64,000 nt of DNA, taken from the NCBI GenBank assembly GCA_030528565.1, contig JAUMYP010000002.1:56854-120853 (forward strand). The letters run 5' to 3'. Position numbers and translations under genes: made by a program. The stretch comes from Pseudomonadota bacterium. Lineage in GTDB: Bacteria; Pseudomonadota; Gammaproteobacteria; Xanthomonadales; Xanthomonadaceae. Shown here piece after piece: positions 52,233 through 63,289 of the stretch; position 1 is the first letter of the stretch, and every line of letters starts with the position of its first letter. Below the pieces are notes generated by a model. It saw only the letters and a program-made list of their open reading frames with translations, made no database searches and was not told the origin of the DNA.

Positions 52233-53645
52233 TCAACTGCGCCCGTAAACATCTTCCAGGCGTTCAATATCGTCTTCGCCAAGATAACTGCCGGACTGCA
52301 CTTCAATCAGCTCCACAGCTGTCTGCGTGGTATTGCGCAGGCGGTGGATGCTGCCCTGCGGGATATAGGTACTCTGGTTTTCGTGCAATTCGAATACCTG
52401 CTCATCGCAGGTGACCTCGGCCACGCCAGACACCACAATCCAGTGCTCGGCACGGTGCTGGTGGCGTTGCAGGCTGAGCGAGGCACCGGGTTTGACCACG
52501 ATGCGTTTGACCTGGAAACGCTCGCCCATTGCCAGCGAGTCATAGCTGCCCCAGGGACGGTATACCTTGCGGTGGTGCAGATGCTCGGTGCGGCCCTCGG
52601 CTTTCAGCGTGTCCACCAGTTTTTTCACATCCTGCACGCGCTCACGATGCGCCACCAGCACCGCATCGGCAGTATCGACCACAATCAAATCTTCCACGCC
52701 CAGCGCCGCCAACAGGCGGTCATCCGCCGCTTGCAGATAGGTATTGCGGCTATCAATGGCAATGGTATCGCCCAGTTGCACATTGCCCATCGGGTCGCGT
52801 GTGGCGACGCTCCACAGCGATGACCAGGAGCCGACATCACTCCAGCCGCAGTCCACCGGCACCACTGCGGCATTCGCGGCGCGCTCCATCACCGCATAGT
52901 CGATGGAGTCATCCGGGCTTTGCGCAAAGGCGTCCTTATCGACCCGGATAAAGTCCAGGTCACGCCGGGCAAGCTGCCATGCCTTGCGCGCCGCCGCCGC
53001 AATCGCCGGGGCATGGGTTTGCAAGGCGGCCAGATAGCTGTCGGCACGGAACAGGAACATCCCCGAGTTCCAGAGGTAATCGCCACTTTCAAGATATTGC
53101 CTGGCGCGCTCGGCATCGGGTTTTTCCACAAACGCCGCGATACGCTGCACGCCATCCCCCAGTGTTTCGCCACTGCGGATATAGCCATAGCCGGTTTCCG
53201 GGTATTCCGGGCGGATACCGAAAGTCACCAGCAGCCCTTGCTGCGCCTTGGGCAAGCCCGCCGCCACTGCTGCATGAAAGGCAGCCTCGTTGCGAATCAG
53301 ATGGTCGGCCGGCAACACCAGCAGTACACCCTCTGCATCGTCTGCCAGCACCTGCAAGGCGGCCAGAGCGATGGCCGGGGCAGTATTGCGCGCCACCGGC
53401 TCCAGCAGGATGCCGCTGCTTCCAAGGCCGATTTGCTGCAACTGCTCGCCGACCATGAAGCGGTGATCCTCGGCACAGACAGTCAGCACCGGGCGGGCAT
53501 CGGGCAGGCCCGCCACGCGCCGGGCGGTGGCCTGGAACAGGGTGTCATCGCCGGTCAACGCAAGGAACTGCTTGGGGGTATTGCTGCGCGAGCGCGGCCA
53601 AAGACGGGTGCCACTGCCGCCGCTCAAAATGACAGGATGAATCAT
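52233..53645 (-). CDS. manC: mannose-1-phosphate guanylyltransferase/mannose-6-phosphate isomerase (bifunctional, XanB/CpsB type)
   Basis: MIHPVILSGGSGTRLWP... plus a C-terminal cupin PMI domain; 470 aa. Confidence 0.9.
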   Translation of the reverse strand: MIHPVILSGGSGTRLWPRSRSNTPKQFLALTGDDTLFQATARRVAGLPDARPVLTVCAEDHRFMVGEQLQQIGLGSSGILLEPVARNTAPAIALAALQVLADDAEGVLLVLPADHLIRNEAAFHAAVAAGLPKAQQGLLVTFGIRPEYPETGYGYIRSGETLGDGVQRIAAFVEKPDAERARQYLESGDYLWNSGMFLFRADSYLAALQTHAPAIAAAARKAWQLARRDLDFIRVDKDAFAQSPDDSIDYAVMERAANAAVVPVDCGWSDVGSWSSLWSVATRDPMGNVQLGDTIAIDSRNTYLQAADDRLLAALGVEDLIVVDTADAVLVAHRERVQDVKKLVDTLKAEGRTEHLHHRKVYRPWGSYDSLAMGERFQVKRIVVKPGASLSLQRHQHRAEHWIVVSGVAEVTCDEQVFELHENQSTYIPQGSIHRLRNTTQTAVELIEVQSGSYLGEDDIERLEDVYGRS

Positions 53646-53679
53646 GTGTGATGATGCGTGCTCCAAGATACCGGCAAGA

Positions 53680-55584
53680 TTAGCCCAATGAAGCGATATC
53701 TGGCGGGCTATCTGCCTCAATACTCGCCAACAAGTCCAGCACGGCTTGAACCGCTTGTGAAGGCGAAAGCCGGTCTGCGGCAATCCTCAGCTCAGGGGAC
53801 TGCGGAGGTTCATAAGGCGAATCAATACCAGTGAAATTCGGCAGCTGTCCAGCGCGCGCCCTGGCATATAGCCCTTTCACATCGCGCGCCTCAGCGACTG
53901 CAAGCGGCACATCCACATGGACTTCCAGAAAGTCACCCGGCACAAACAGCTCACGTGCCATCTGTCGTTCGGCACGGAACGGTGAAATAAAGCTCACCAA
54001 TACCACCAATCCAGCATCGACCATCAGCTTTGCCACTTCAGCCACACGGCGGATGTTCTCCACCCGATCGGTATCGGTAAACCCCAAGTCGCGGTTCAGG
54101 CCATGCCGGATATTGTCCCCATCCAGCAAAATCGTATGGATACCGCGTGTATTGAGTTGAACCTCCACCTGATCGGCAATGGTCGATTTGCCTGCGCCAG
54201 ACAGGCCGGTAAACCAGATGCAGCGTGCTGCATGGCCTTTTATCCGGCTACGTGCGGCACGGCTCACCTGCAATGCCTGCCGGTGCAAATGACTCGCACC
54301 GCGCAACGGATGGTCAATCACTCCGGCAGCCACCGTGGCATTGGTAACGCGATCAATCAGAATGAACGCGCCCAGCTCGCGGTTATCGACAAATGCGGTA
54401 AAAGCCAGCGCACGATCCAGTTGCAGATTGCATATGCCAATCTCGTTGAGCTCGAGCTGCCTGGCTGCCAACGGCGCCAGTATTTCCGAGTCCAGCCGGT
54501 GCTTGAGGGTAGTCACACGCGCCAGCGTGCTGGCCGTACCTAACTGCAGCTGGTAGCTGCGACCAGGTATCAAAGCATTCTCATGCATCCACAGCAGGTG
54601 TGCAGCAAACTGGTCAGCTACCTCAACCGCTGTGCCTTCGCTGGCCGCAAGCACATCCCCTCGAGCCACATCGCATTCCCGATCCAGCAATACCGTTACA
54701 GCTTCACCCGCCTGTGCACTCATGACTTCGCCACGCGCAGTCAGTACCTGGCGCACCTGCGCCCGCTCCCCGCCCGGGAAAATTCGCACACTATCACCGC
54801 AGGCAAGACAGCCAGAAACAAGGTTGCCGCAATACCCACGAAAATCCTGGTGTGGACGGTTGACCCACTGCACCGGCAAAATCATGGCTGCAGAGTTGAG
54901 CTGTGCATCCTTGCCCTGTGCACTTTCCAGAAGCTGCAGCAAACTCGCCCCCTGATACCAGGGCATTCGCTGCGAGGGCTCGACCACGTTATCGCCAGCC
55001 AGCGCCGATAACGGGACCGCCTGCACCGAGGCAATCCCGATCCGCTGTGCAAGCTGTGCATACGCTCCGGCAATATCATCAAAGACTTCCTGTGCATAAC
55101 CCACGCAGTCCATCTTGTTGACTGCCAGCACTACCTGACGCACGCCGAACAACGACACAATCAGACTGTGACGGCGAGTCTGCGGCAGTAACCCCTTGCG
55201 GGCGTCCACCAACACCACCGCCAAATCTGCAGTGGATGCCCCCGTCGCCATGTTGCGGGTGTACTGCACATGCCCCGGACAATCGGCAACGATAAAGCGG
55301 CGTGAAGGCGTGGCGAAATAACGGTACGCCACATCAATGGTAATACCCTGGCTGCGCTCATCCTCCAGCCCATCCAGCAACAGGGCGTAATCCAGCACCT
55401 GACCCTGCGTACCCATGCGCGCACTGTCAGAACGCAATGCCAGCAACTGATCATCCTTGAGTGCACCGCAATCATGCAGCAAGCGGCCAATCAGGGTGCT
55501 TTTGCCATCATCCACGCTGCCGCAGGTGATAAAGCGCAACAGCCCAGCCGTCTGCCGGGCACCTGACTCATCCGAGAATACCAT
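53680..55584 (-). CDS. cysNC: bifunctional sulfate adenylyltransferase subunit 1 / adenylyl-sulfate kinase (CysN-CysC fusion, NodQ-like)
   Basis: N-terminal GTPase ([18 protein letters not shown]) plus C-terminal APS kinase P-loop (GLSGAGKST). 634 aa. Confidence 0.9.
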   Translation of the reverse strand: MVFSDESGARQTAGLLRFITCGSVDDGKSTLIGRLLHDCGALKDDQLLALRSDSARMGTQGQVLDYALLLDGLEDERSQGITIDVAYRYFATPSRRFIVADCPGHVQYTRNMATGASTADLAVVLVDARKGLLPQTRRHSLIVSLFGVRQVVLAVNKMDCVGYAQEVFDDIAGAYAQLAQRIGIASVQAVPLSALAGDNVVEPSQRMPWYQGASLLQLLESAQGKDAQLNSAAMILPVQWVNRPHQDFRGYCGNLVSGCLACGDSVRIFPGGERAQVRQVLTARGEVMSAQAGEAVTVLLDRECDVARGDVLAASEGTAVEVADQFAAHLLWMHENALIPGRSYQLQLGTASTLARVTTLKHRLDSEILAPLAARQLELNEIGICNLQLDRALAFTAFVDNRELGAFILIDRVTNATVAAGVIDHPLRGASHLHRQALQVSRAARSRIKGHAARCIWFTGLSGAGKSTIADQVEVQLNTRGIHTILLDGDNIRHGLNRDLGFTDTDRVENIRRVAEVAKLMVDAGLVVLVSFISPFRAERQMARELFVPGDFLEVHVDVPLAVAEARDVKGLYARARAGQLPNFTGIDSPYEPPQSPELRIAADRLSPSQAVQAVLDLLASIEADSPPDIASLG

Positions 55585-56483
55585 CAGAAATAGCCCTCGC
55601 GTTTTTTCTTCTCCATGGATGCTGACGGGTCATGGTCAATCACGCGCCCCTGGCGTTCCGAGTTTCGCGCCATGCGCATTTCCTCAATCACCTCATCAAG
55701 CGTGGCTGCCGTGGAATCAATCGCACCCGTCAACGGATAACAACCCAAGCTGCGAAAGCGAACCTGCCGCTGCTGCCAGTACTCTCCGGGACGTAGTTGC
55801 AAACGCTCATCATCACGCAAGATCAAATGACCATCTCGCTCCACCACTTCACGCCAGCGCGCAAAATACAGTTCGGGTACTTCAATTGATTCCCGCCGGA
55901 TGTATTCCCACACATCCAGCTCGGTCCAGTTGGACAACGGAAACACACGCACACGCTCACCGGCATGAATGCGGGTATTGAACAAACGCCACAACTCCGG
56001 GCGCTGTCGGCGCGGCTCCCAGTGATGCTGATGATTACGGAAGGAGAAAATCCGCTCCTTGGCACGAGAAGCTTCTTCATCACGCCTCGCCCCACCAATG
56101 ACCGCATCAAAGCCATGCGCATCCAGTACCTGACGCAATGCCTGGGTTTTCATGACATCGGTATGTACGGTTGCGCCGTGGGTCAGCGGCCCGATGCCGG
56201 CTGCCACACCTTCCGGGTTGCGGTATATGTGCAAATTCAAGCCAGTCTGTGCTGCACGCCGGTCGCGCAAGGCAATCATTTCCCGGAATTTCCAGCCAGT
56301 ATCCACATGCAGCAACGGGATTGTCGGACGTGCAGGCGCAAAAGCCTTGAGCAAAAGGTGCAACAACACCGCACTGTCTTTACCGATGGAATACAACAGC
56401 ACCGGATTGCAGAAGCAGGCCGCCACTTCCCGCAAGACAAACAGGCTTTCGTCCTCCAGCGCGTCCAGATAGTGGCGGCTCAC
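55584..56483 (-). CDS. cysD: sulfate adenylyltransferase subunit 2
   Basis: [14 protein letters not shown]... PAPS-reductase-like fold. Zero-gap junction with rmlD, 1-nt overlap with cysNC. Confidence 0.9.
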   Translation of the reverse strand: MSRHYLDALEDESLFVLREVAACFCNPVLLYSIGKDSAVLLHLLLKAFAPARPTIPLLHVDTGWKFREMIALRDRRAAQTGLNLHIYRNPEGVAAGIGPLTHGATVHTDVMKTQALRQVLDAHGFDAVIGGARRDEEASRAKERIFSFRNHQHHWEPRRQRPELWRLFNTRIHAGERVRVFPLSNWTELDVWEYIRRESIEVPELYFARWREVVERDGHLILRDDERLQLRPGEYWQQRQVRFRSLGCYPLTGAIDSTAATLDEVIEEMRMARNSERQGRVIDHDPSASMEKKKREGYF

Positions 56484-57383
56484 CTAGCCCGATCCGTGCC
56501 GTGTCATAACCAAATGATTCAGCGTAGTGGCAAGCCCGCTGCGCCAATCGGGCAGAGTCAGCGCAAAGTCATGCTCAAGGCTGCTCGCATCCAGCACCGA
56601 ATAGGCCGGGCGTTTGGCCGGGGTCGGGAAATCTGCCGTAGTGATGGGTAACACCGGCGTTTTTCTGGCCAGCAAACCCTGTGCGTGTGCGCCTTCGATA
56701 ATGGCCTTGGCAAAGCCATGCCAGGTGGTGCTGCCGGTCGGGGTCAGATGCCAGGTGCCGCTGGGGCGTTCAGGTTTTGCAAGGATTTGCGCAGTGACAT
56801 CGGCAATCAGCGCGGCAGGCGTGGGCGTGCCCTGCTGGTCGGCGACCACGCGCAGCGCATCGCGCTCGGCGGCCAGGCGCAGCATGGTGAGCAGGAAATT
56901 CTTGCCGTGATGCGCATATACCCAGGCGGTGCGCAGGATGGCGTGCTGGCAGCGGCTATCGCGGATGGCTTCCTCGCCAGCCAGCTTGCTTTCCCCGTAA
57001 GCCCCCAGTGGCGCGGTGGCATCTTCTGGCCGGTACGGGCGCTGCCCCTGTCCGTCGAAAACGTAGTCGGTGGAGTAATGCAGCAAATAAGCGTCCTGTG
57101 CCTTACAGGTTTCGGCCAGCACACGCGGGCTTTCGGCATTGACCAGGAACGCCAGGTCGCGCTCGCTTTCGGCCTTGTCCACCGCCGTGTAGGCAGCGGC
57201 ATTCACCACCACATCGGGTGCGGTTGCCTGCACCAAGGCACGCAGGGTTTCGGGCGCGGCAAAGTCCGCCACTACGCCATGCTCACCGGCACGGGTGGCG
57301 ACAATCAGCTCCCCCAAACCGGCCAGCGCGCGTCGGCATTCGGTGCCGACCTGGCCATTGCCTCCCAGGAGCAGAATTTTCAT
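56484..57383 (-). CDS. rmlD: dTDP-4-dehydrorhamnose reductase
   Basis: [15 protein letters not shown]...YSTDYVFDG... Confidence 0.9.
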   Translation of the reverse strand: MKILLLGGNGQVGTECRRALAGLGELIVATRAGEHGVVADFAAPETLRALVQATAPDVVVNAAAYTAVDKAESERDLAFLVNAESPRVLAETCKAQDAYLLHYSTDYVFDGQGQRPYRPEDATAPLGAYGESKLAGEEAIRDSRCQHAILRTAWVYAHHGKNFLLTMLRLAAERDALRVVADQQGTPTPAALIADVTAQILAKPERPSGTWHLTPTGSTTWHGFAKAIIEGAHAQGLLARKTPVLPITTADFPTPAKRPAYSVLDASSLEHDFALTLPDWRSGLATTLNHLVMTRHGSG

Positions 57384-57937
57384 GGCTGATATACCGGCAG
57401 GCGCTCGGCGGGAATATCGGCCAGGAACGGCGCAGTGCTATCTTTGGCCGAAAGCTGCGGCGCCGACAGCGGCCAGTCAATCGCAAGCTGGCCGTCATTC
57501 CAGGCGATATTGGCATCGGCAGCAGCATCGTAGGTTTCCGTGCACAAATAGGTAAACAGCGCACGCTCGCTCAGCACCACAAAGCCATGCGCAAAGCCCT
57601 CGGGTATCCAGAAGTGCCGCTTGTTTTCTGCACTCAATAGCGCCGCGACCCACTGTCCGAAGGTCGGCGAGCCGCGGCGGATATCCACCGCCACGTCCCA
57701 CACCTCGCCTTCCAGCACCGAAACCAGCTTGCCCTGCGGCTTGGGCCACTGGTAATGCAGGCCGCGCAGCACACCCCTGGCCGACTGCGAAACATTGCCC
57801 TGCTTGAAATTCAGCGGCAGGCCATGCCCGGCCAGCTTGTCGGCATTGAAGGACTCATAGAAAAACCCGCGCTCATCGGCAAATACCCGTGGCTCGATGA
57901 TGCGGCAGCCGGGCAACTCGGTTTCAATGATTTTCAC
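57380..57937 (-). CDS. rmlC: dTDP-4-dehydrorhamnose 3,5-epimerase
   Basis: ...[12 protein letters not shown]...RGLHYQ... Confidence 0.92.
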   Translation of the reverse strand: MKIIETELPGCRIIEPRVFADERGFFYESFNADKLAGHGLPLNFKQGNVSQSARGVLRGLHYQWPKPQGKLVSVLEGEVWDVAVDIRRGSPTFGQWVAALLSAENKRHFWIPEGFAHGFVVLSERALFTYLCTETYDAAADANIAWNDGQLAIDWPLSAPQLSAKDSTAPFLADIPAERLPVYQP

Positions 57938-58839
57938 GGTACATAACCTCGCTCCGGCAGGCTCATCAGGTAGCGGCCATAACCGTTTTTGAGCAGCGGC
58001 CTGGCGAGTTTTTCCAGTTGTGCTGCATCAATCCAGCCACTCATGAAGGCGATTTCTTCCGGGCAACACACTCTCAGCCCCTGACGCGCCTCGATGGTTT
58101 CAATGTAGTTCGCCGCTTCCAGCAGGGACTGGTGCGTTCCGGTATCCAGCCAGGCATAGCCGCGTCCCAGTCGCTCCAGATGCAGCGCGCCTTCCTGCAG
58201 ATAGATTTTATTAAGGTCGGTGATTTCCAGCTCGCCGCGTGGCGAAGGTTTGAGATTGGCAGCCAATTCCGGCGCGCGGCCATCGTAGAAATACAGGCCG
58301 GTCACCGCGTAATTGGAGCGCGGATTCTGCGGCTTTTCTTCCAGGCCAATCACCCGGCCATCGGCATCGAATTCGGCCACGCCATAACGCTCCGGGTCCT
58401 GCACCCAGTAGCCGAACACCGTCGCCCCCTCACTGCGGGCGTCGGCACGCTTCAGCATCGCAGTCAGGCCCGGGCCGTGGAAGATGTTGTCGCCCAGCAC
58501 CAGACAGCTCGGTGCGCCACCCAGAAACTCCGCACCAATAGTGAACGCCTGCGCCAGGCCATCAGGGCTGGGCTGCACCGCATATTCAAACTTCATCCCC
58601 CATTGCGCGCCATCGCCCAGCAGGCTCTTGAACAGCGCCTGCTCGTGCGGGGTGTTGATAATCAGCACTTCACGAATCCCGGCCAGCATCAGCACGCTAA
58701 GCGGGTAATAAATCATCGGTTTGTCATACACCGGCAGCAGCTGCTTGCTGATGCCCTGGGTGATGGGATAGAGCCGGGTGCCGGAGCCACCGGCCAGAAT
58801 GATGCCTTTGCGCTGCATAGTGCGATATTCCTCTGTCAT
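57934..58839 (-). CDS. rmlA: glucose-1-phosphate thymidylyltransferase
   Basis: [20 protein letters not shown]...; the probable start is at 58818. Confidence 0.93.
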   Translation of the reverse strand: MTEEYRTMQRKGIILAGGSGTRLYPITQGISKQLLPVYDKPMIYYPLSVLMLAGIREVLIINTPHEQALFKSLLGDGAQWGMKFEYAVQPSPDGLAQAFTIGAEFLGGAPSCLVLGDNIFHGPGLTAMLKRADARSEGATVFGYWVQDPERYGVAEFDADGRVIGLEEKPQNPRSNYAVTGLYFYDGRAPELAANLKPSPRGELEITDLNKIYLQEGALHLERLGRGYAWLDTGTHQSLLEAANYIETIEARQGLRVCCPEEIAFMSGWIDAAQLEKLARPLLKNGYGRYLMSLPERGYVP

Positions 58840-58929
58840 TTATCTGCGCCCTCACTGGCGCAGCTACTTGATGTTTGCAACTCCTGCCCGCCCTTCCTTG
58901 GCCGGGCGCTTGATGGTGAAACAAATGTG

Positions 58930-59991
58930 TCAGTTCTCCCCATCTCGCCCCATGCGCTCCAGACGGTAGCTGCCATCCAGCACCCGCTGCACCCACGCCT
59001 GGTTGTCCAGATACCAGCGCACGGTATCGGCAATGCCCTGTTCAAAGGTATGCGCAGGCTCCCAGCCCAGCTCACGCTTGAGCTTGGAAGCATCAATCGC
59101 ATAACGGCGGTCATGGCCGGGACGGTCGCGCACATAGGTGATTTGCGCCTGATACTTCTGGCCGTCGGCGCGCGGGCGCAGCTCGTCCAGCAGGGCGCAG
59201 ATGGTCATCACCACCTCGATGTTCTGGCGCTCGGCATTGCCGCCGACATTGTAGGTTTCGCCCACCTGCCCCTTGGCAAGCACAGTGCGGATGGCCGCGC
59301 AGTGGTCGCCCACATACAGCCAGTCGCGCACATTCTTGCCATCGCCATAAATCGGCAGCGGCTCACCGGCCAGCGCCCGGGCGATGATGAGCGGGATGAG
59401 CTTCTCCGGAAACTGGAACGGGCCGTAATTATTGGAGCAATTGGTGGTCAGCACCGGCAGGCCATAGGTATGGTGGAAGGCGCGCACCAGATGGTCAGAC
59501 GCAGCCTTGGAGGCCGAGTATGGCGAATTCGGCGCATAGGCGGTCTCTTCGGTAAACAGGCCAGTCTCGCCCAGCGAGCCATACACTTCATCGGTGGACA
59601 CATGCAGGAAGCGGAACGCCGCCTGTCCGGCCTCATCCAGACCGCGCCAGTAATCGCGCGTGGCCTCCAGCAAGCCCAGCGTCCCCACCACATTGGTGTG
59701 CACAAACGCCGCCGGGCCATCAATGGAACGGTCCACATGGCTTTCGGCAGCGAAATTAATCACCGCATCCGGGCGGTGCCCGGCAAGCAAGCGCGCCACC
59801 AGCTCGCGGTCACCGATATCGCCCTTGACGAATACATGATTGGCATTGTCGGCAAGCTCGGCCAGGGTATCGAGATTGCCCGCATAGGTCAGCAAATCCA
59901 GATTCACCACCTTGACCCCGGCCTTGACCGCCTCCAGCACGAAATTGCCGCCAATGAAGCCGGCGCCGCCGGTCACCAACCATGTTTGCAT
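58930..59991 (-). CDS. rmlB: dTDP-glucose 4,6-dehydratase
   Basis: [18 protein letters not shown]..., an SDR with the YxxxK motif. Confidence 0.93.
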   Translation of the reverse strand: MQTWLVTGGAGFIGGNFVLEAVKAGVKVVNLDLLTYAGNLDTLAELADNANHVFVKGDIGDRELVARLLAGHRPDAVINFAAESHVDRSIDGPAAFVHTNVVGTLGLLEATRDYWRGLDEAGQAAFRFLHVSTDEVYGSLGETGLFTEETAYAPNSPYSASKAASDHLVRAFHHTYGLPVLTTNCSNNYGPFQFPEKLIPLIIARALAGEPLPIYGDGKNVRDWLYVGDHCAAIRTVLAKGQVGETYNVGGNAERQNIEVVMTICALLDELRPRADGQKYQAQITYVRDRPGHDRRYAIDASKLKRELGWEPAHTFEQGIADTVRWYLDNQAWVQRVLDGSYRLERMGRDGEN

Positions 59992-60059
59992 TGCATGTTT
60001 TCCATATTCACAAAAAAACTTTGATTATAAGCACTCAAGCAACCCTACTCCAAGCGACA

Positions 60060-62330
60060 TCAGAAACGTGGCGGAAACGCGAGCATAAACTCCTGCTGCA
60101 AATGCAAGGATAGATTTGGATTGTAGAAGGGATCGTAGTTCAGAGAATCCCCATAACGAGCCCTCATAAACTCAATCTCCCCAGCAAATCTAGCTTGCTT
60201 TTCAGGATTATCATCACGCCCACGCGAGGCGGACTCATGATGATACAGCTCAGCAAATGGAGTCCATATATTCCTGTAGCCCGCATCCCTCAGTCGCAAG
60301 CAAAAATCCACATCATTGAAAGCCACTGCCAATTGCTCATCCAGCCCGGAAACAGCTTCAAAAGCGCTGCGACTTACAACGAGACATGCGCCCGTAACTA
60401 TACTCACCACCTGCGTCAATCGCCCCCGACAAAAATAACCATCAAAACCACGCGACGCACAGCTGTAAATATGACCTGCAATTCCCCCCAACCCACTCAC
60501 AACCCCTGCATGCTGAATGGTGTCATCCGGATAATAAAGCATCGCCCCAACTGCACCCACACCCGGCTTTAACGCATGCGAAACCATTTCATCAAGCCAC
60601 CCCTCAGAAATCACCTCGATATCATTATTAATAAGCCCTAAAACCTCACCTCTCGCAATCGATGCAGCATAATTATTGATTGCCGAATAATTAAATTCAG
60701 CATCATAGGGAACCACCCTAACCCTAAAGTCATCCTGTATATAGCTAAAGTATTCTAACGTCTCAGACTCCACAGAGCCATTATCAACAATGATAATATC
60801 AAAATTTTCATATCTTGTTTTTTCAATAATACTGCCAACACAAACCTTGAGCAGATCCACCTTATCACGGGTCGGAATAATAAGGCTAACCAAAGGCTTC
60901 CGTTCCGGCAAAATTATTTCCGACCTGATATAGCCATCATTTCCACCTACCACATTCGCCCTTACACCAATCCTTTCAAAATGCTGACTAACTGCACTTT
61001 CCGCCGCAACAGCTGCATAGCTCTTTTCATGAACCCCCATTGAAGTCGAACCTGGAATGGTTCTCCAGTGATAAAGAACCTTAGGAATATGAATAATCTG
61101 TGACGATTTAATTTTCTCAATACAGCGCAATGCCAAATCCCAATCCTGAGAACCTTCCATCCCCACTCTAAAACCACCGACTTCACGAACCAGGCCAGCC
61201 TCATAGACACCCAGATGAGAAATGCAATTCTGACCAAGAAACAGCTCGTAATTCCAGTCCGTTTTGAAATAAGGACCAAACCTAACCCCATCTTCGTCAA
61301 TCTTATCCTCATCACTGTAAATTACTTTTGCATCTGGATTCTTATCCAATGCCTCGGCCACACATAACAATGCCTCGGGATGCAACTCATCATCATGATC
61401 AAGCAAAACCAAAAAATCCCCCCGGGCAATTTCCAGCGCAGAATTTGACGCTTCAGATATATGCCCATTTTTATTGCGGGAAATGTATTTTACCCGACCA
61501 TCCTTACTTGAATATTCCTCCAGAACCTTCAACACATGCCTCTCGGTAGAGGCATCATCCGCAACACAAATCTCCCAATTCTCATAAACCTGCGCCAAGA
61601 CACTATCCAGCGCCTTCCTGAACCATTTTTCCGGAGGATTATAAACAGGCATAATTACAGAAAAAAGAGGCAGCCCTGACAACCCCCTTTTGCGCTCCTC
61701 CAGCTCCCGAGAGCGCCACTCAACCGGAGGATCGTAAATTCTTACCCATCCCTGATAACTTGAGCAAACATTCGAGAATTTACTCAAATAACTTACCCTC
61801 AACTCCGCGACTGCCTGCCGTACACCTTGCCGCCTTGCCACAAGAAAGAGACTTCTTATGAAGGCGTACCAAACACTACCAGCCTGCCCTCCCCTACTTT
61901 CACAAACAGAGCTTATCATCCCCCAATAAGCAGCCACCCTAGGAATACGACGAATACAGGCATCCCCAAGCGAGAAAAACGCCTTACGAACAGTAGGATC
62001 AAACCTCAATGACTTTGCAGGCTTTATCAAGACAATAATGCAGTCAATCTTATCCTCATCCTGACGATACCAAAGAGGCACTATGTTTATTTCACCAAAC
62101 CCCCCTCCATAGTCAGGGTATATACAAGGTCCTACAATCCCTCCAAGCTCCCCAGTCAGCTGAATTTGCAAGTGATACCACCCCTGCTCCCAATCACCCT
62201 CCCCTTCTTTACAAATCAGGAATTGAGGATCATTGTCCACTGATTGCCACCGGCTCCACCTATCTCCTTCCCCACCCTCTCGACGCAGACCCAACAAAGG
62301 ATTAAAACCGATTTTTATTTTCTTCATCAT
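60060..62330 (-). CDS. multidomain glycosyltransferase: unknown about 230-aa N-domain plus two tandem GT2 (GT-A) domains; low-GC
   Basis: GT2 domain 1: FSVIMPVYNPPEKWFRKALDSVLAQ...LLDHDDE. GT2 domain 2: VSLIIPTRDK...IIIVDNGS...LINNDIEV. The N-terminal 230 aa have no recognisable motifs. GC is clearly below the flanks. Confidence 0.75.
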   Translation of the reverse strand: MMKKIKIGFNPLLGLRREGGEGDRWSRWQSVDNDPQFLICKEGEGDWEQGWYHLQIQLTGELGGIVGPCIYPDYGGGFGEINIVPLWYRQDEDKIDCIIVLIKPAKSLRFDPTVRKAFFSLGDACIRRIPRVAAYWGMISSVCESRGGQAGSVWYAFIRSLFLVARRQGVRQAVAELRVSYLSKFSNVCSSYQGWVRIYDPPVEWRSRELEERKRGLSGLPLFSVIMPVYNPPEKWFRKALDSVLAQVYENWEICVADDASTERHVLKVLEEYSSKDGRVKYISRNKNGHISEASNSALEIARGDFLVLLDHDDELHPEALLCVAEALDKNPDAKVIYSDEDKIDEDGVRFGPYFKTDWNYELFLGQNCISHLGVYEAGLVREVGGFRVGMEGSQDWDLALRCIEKIKSSQIIHIPKVLYHWRTIPGSTSMGVHEKSYAAVAAESAVSQHFERIGVRANVVGGNDGYIRSEIILPERKPLVSLIIPTRDKVDLLKVCVGSIIEKTRYENFDIIIVDNGSVESETLEYFSYIQDDFRVRVVPYDAEFNYSAINNYAASIARGEVLGLINNDIEVISEGWLDEMVSHALKPGVGAVGAMLYYPDDTIQHAGVVSGLGGIAGHIYSCASRGFDGYFCRGRLTQVVSIVTGACLVVSRSAFEAVSGLDEQLAVAFNDVDFCLRLRDAGYRNIWTPFAELYHHESASRGRDDNPEKQARFAGEIEFMRARYGDSLNYDPFYNPNLSLHLQQEFMLAFPPRF

Positions 62331-62542
62331 AAATCACATCCAGGATAAATCTTCCAAGGCTTAACTAAATATAGATATAAAATATTCAAAGCCCCGACAA
62401 AGGCCCGTTCTTCTCCATTCAGACAACACCCTACTTCTTAGCGCGCAGATGCAGCCCATGATCAATAGCCTCACTCTCCCGAGCTTTAGTCTGTAGAATA
62501 CTACTCCCTACAGTCTGTGTTCTCCCTAAGGTAGCCCTCCAG

Positions 62543-63289
62543 ATGAGAATTCTTGTTGCATACAAGCGGGTCATCGACTCCGATGTCCGTGTACAGGTCA
62601 AGCCGGATAACAGCGGCGTAGTCAGTGAAGGCGTCAAGCTCTCGGCCAACCCGTTTGACGATATCGCCCTGGAAGAAGCCCTGCGCCTGCGCGACAAGGG
62701 CATTGCCACAGAAGTGATTGTCGCCACCATCGCCCCGTCCGATGCCCAGCCACATCTGCGCAATGGCCTGGCCATGGGCGCCAACCGCGCCTTGCACGTG
62801 GTGTCCGACACTCCGGTACAACCACTGACCGCCGCCCGCGTACTGCTGAAGCTGGTTGAAAAAGAGCAGCCCGACATCGTACTGATGGGCAAGCAGGCGA
62901 TTGACGATGACGCAAGCCAGACCGGGCAAATGCTAGCCACCCTGTGGCAGCGCCCGCAGGCCACCTTTGCCAGCCAGGTGGAAGTCGCTGATGGCAAGGC
63001 CACCGTGGTGCGCGAGGTCGATGCCGGCCTTGAAACGCTGGAAGTGGACCTGCCGGCGGTCATCACCACCGACCTGCGCCTCAACAAGCCGCGTTTCATC
63101 AAGCTGCCGGACATCATGAAAGCCAAGAGCAAGCCGCTGGAAACCATCGCCCTGGCCGAGCTTGGCGTGGCCAGCGCCGACACCCTGAAAACCACCCACT
63201 ACGCCCCGCCCGCGCAGCGCAGCCGCGGCGTGATGGTCAAAGACGCCGCAGAACTTGTCGCCAAACTCAAAGAAAAAGGGCTGCTGTAA
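62543..63289 (+). CDS. etfB: electron transfer flavoprotein subunit beta
   Basis: MRILVAYKRVIDSDVRVQVKPD... Confidence 0.93.
   Translation: MRILVAYKRVIDSDVRVQVKPDNSGVVSEGVKLSANPFDDIALEEALRLRDKGIATEVIVATIAPSDAQPHLRNGLAMGANRALHVVSDTPVQPLTAARVLLKLVEKEQPDIVLMGKQAIDDDASQTGQMLATLWQRPQATFASQVEVADGKATVVREVDAGLETLEVDLPAVITTDLRLNKPRFIKLPDIMKAKSKPLETIALAELGVASADTLKTTHYAPPAQRSRGVMVKDAAELVAKLKEKGLL

Noticed and set aside
53680-56483. Treating cysD-cysNC as a certainly dedicated (non-housekeeping) PAPS system
   Set aside because: CysN-CysC fusions are also the housekeeping assimilatory genes in some gamma/beta-proteobacteria. Without the rest of the genome the dedicated-sulfation interpretation stays a hypothesis (reported as a finding with that caveat).
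58018-60024. 668-aa plus-strand ORF
   Set aside because: Antisense to rmlA and rmlB, both unambiguous.
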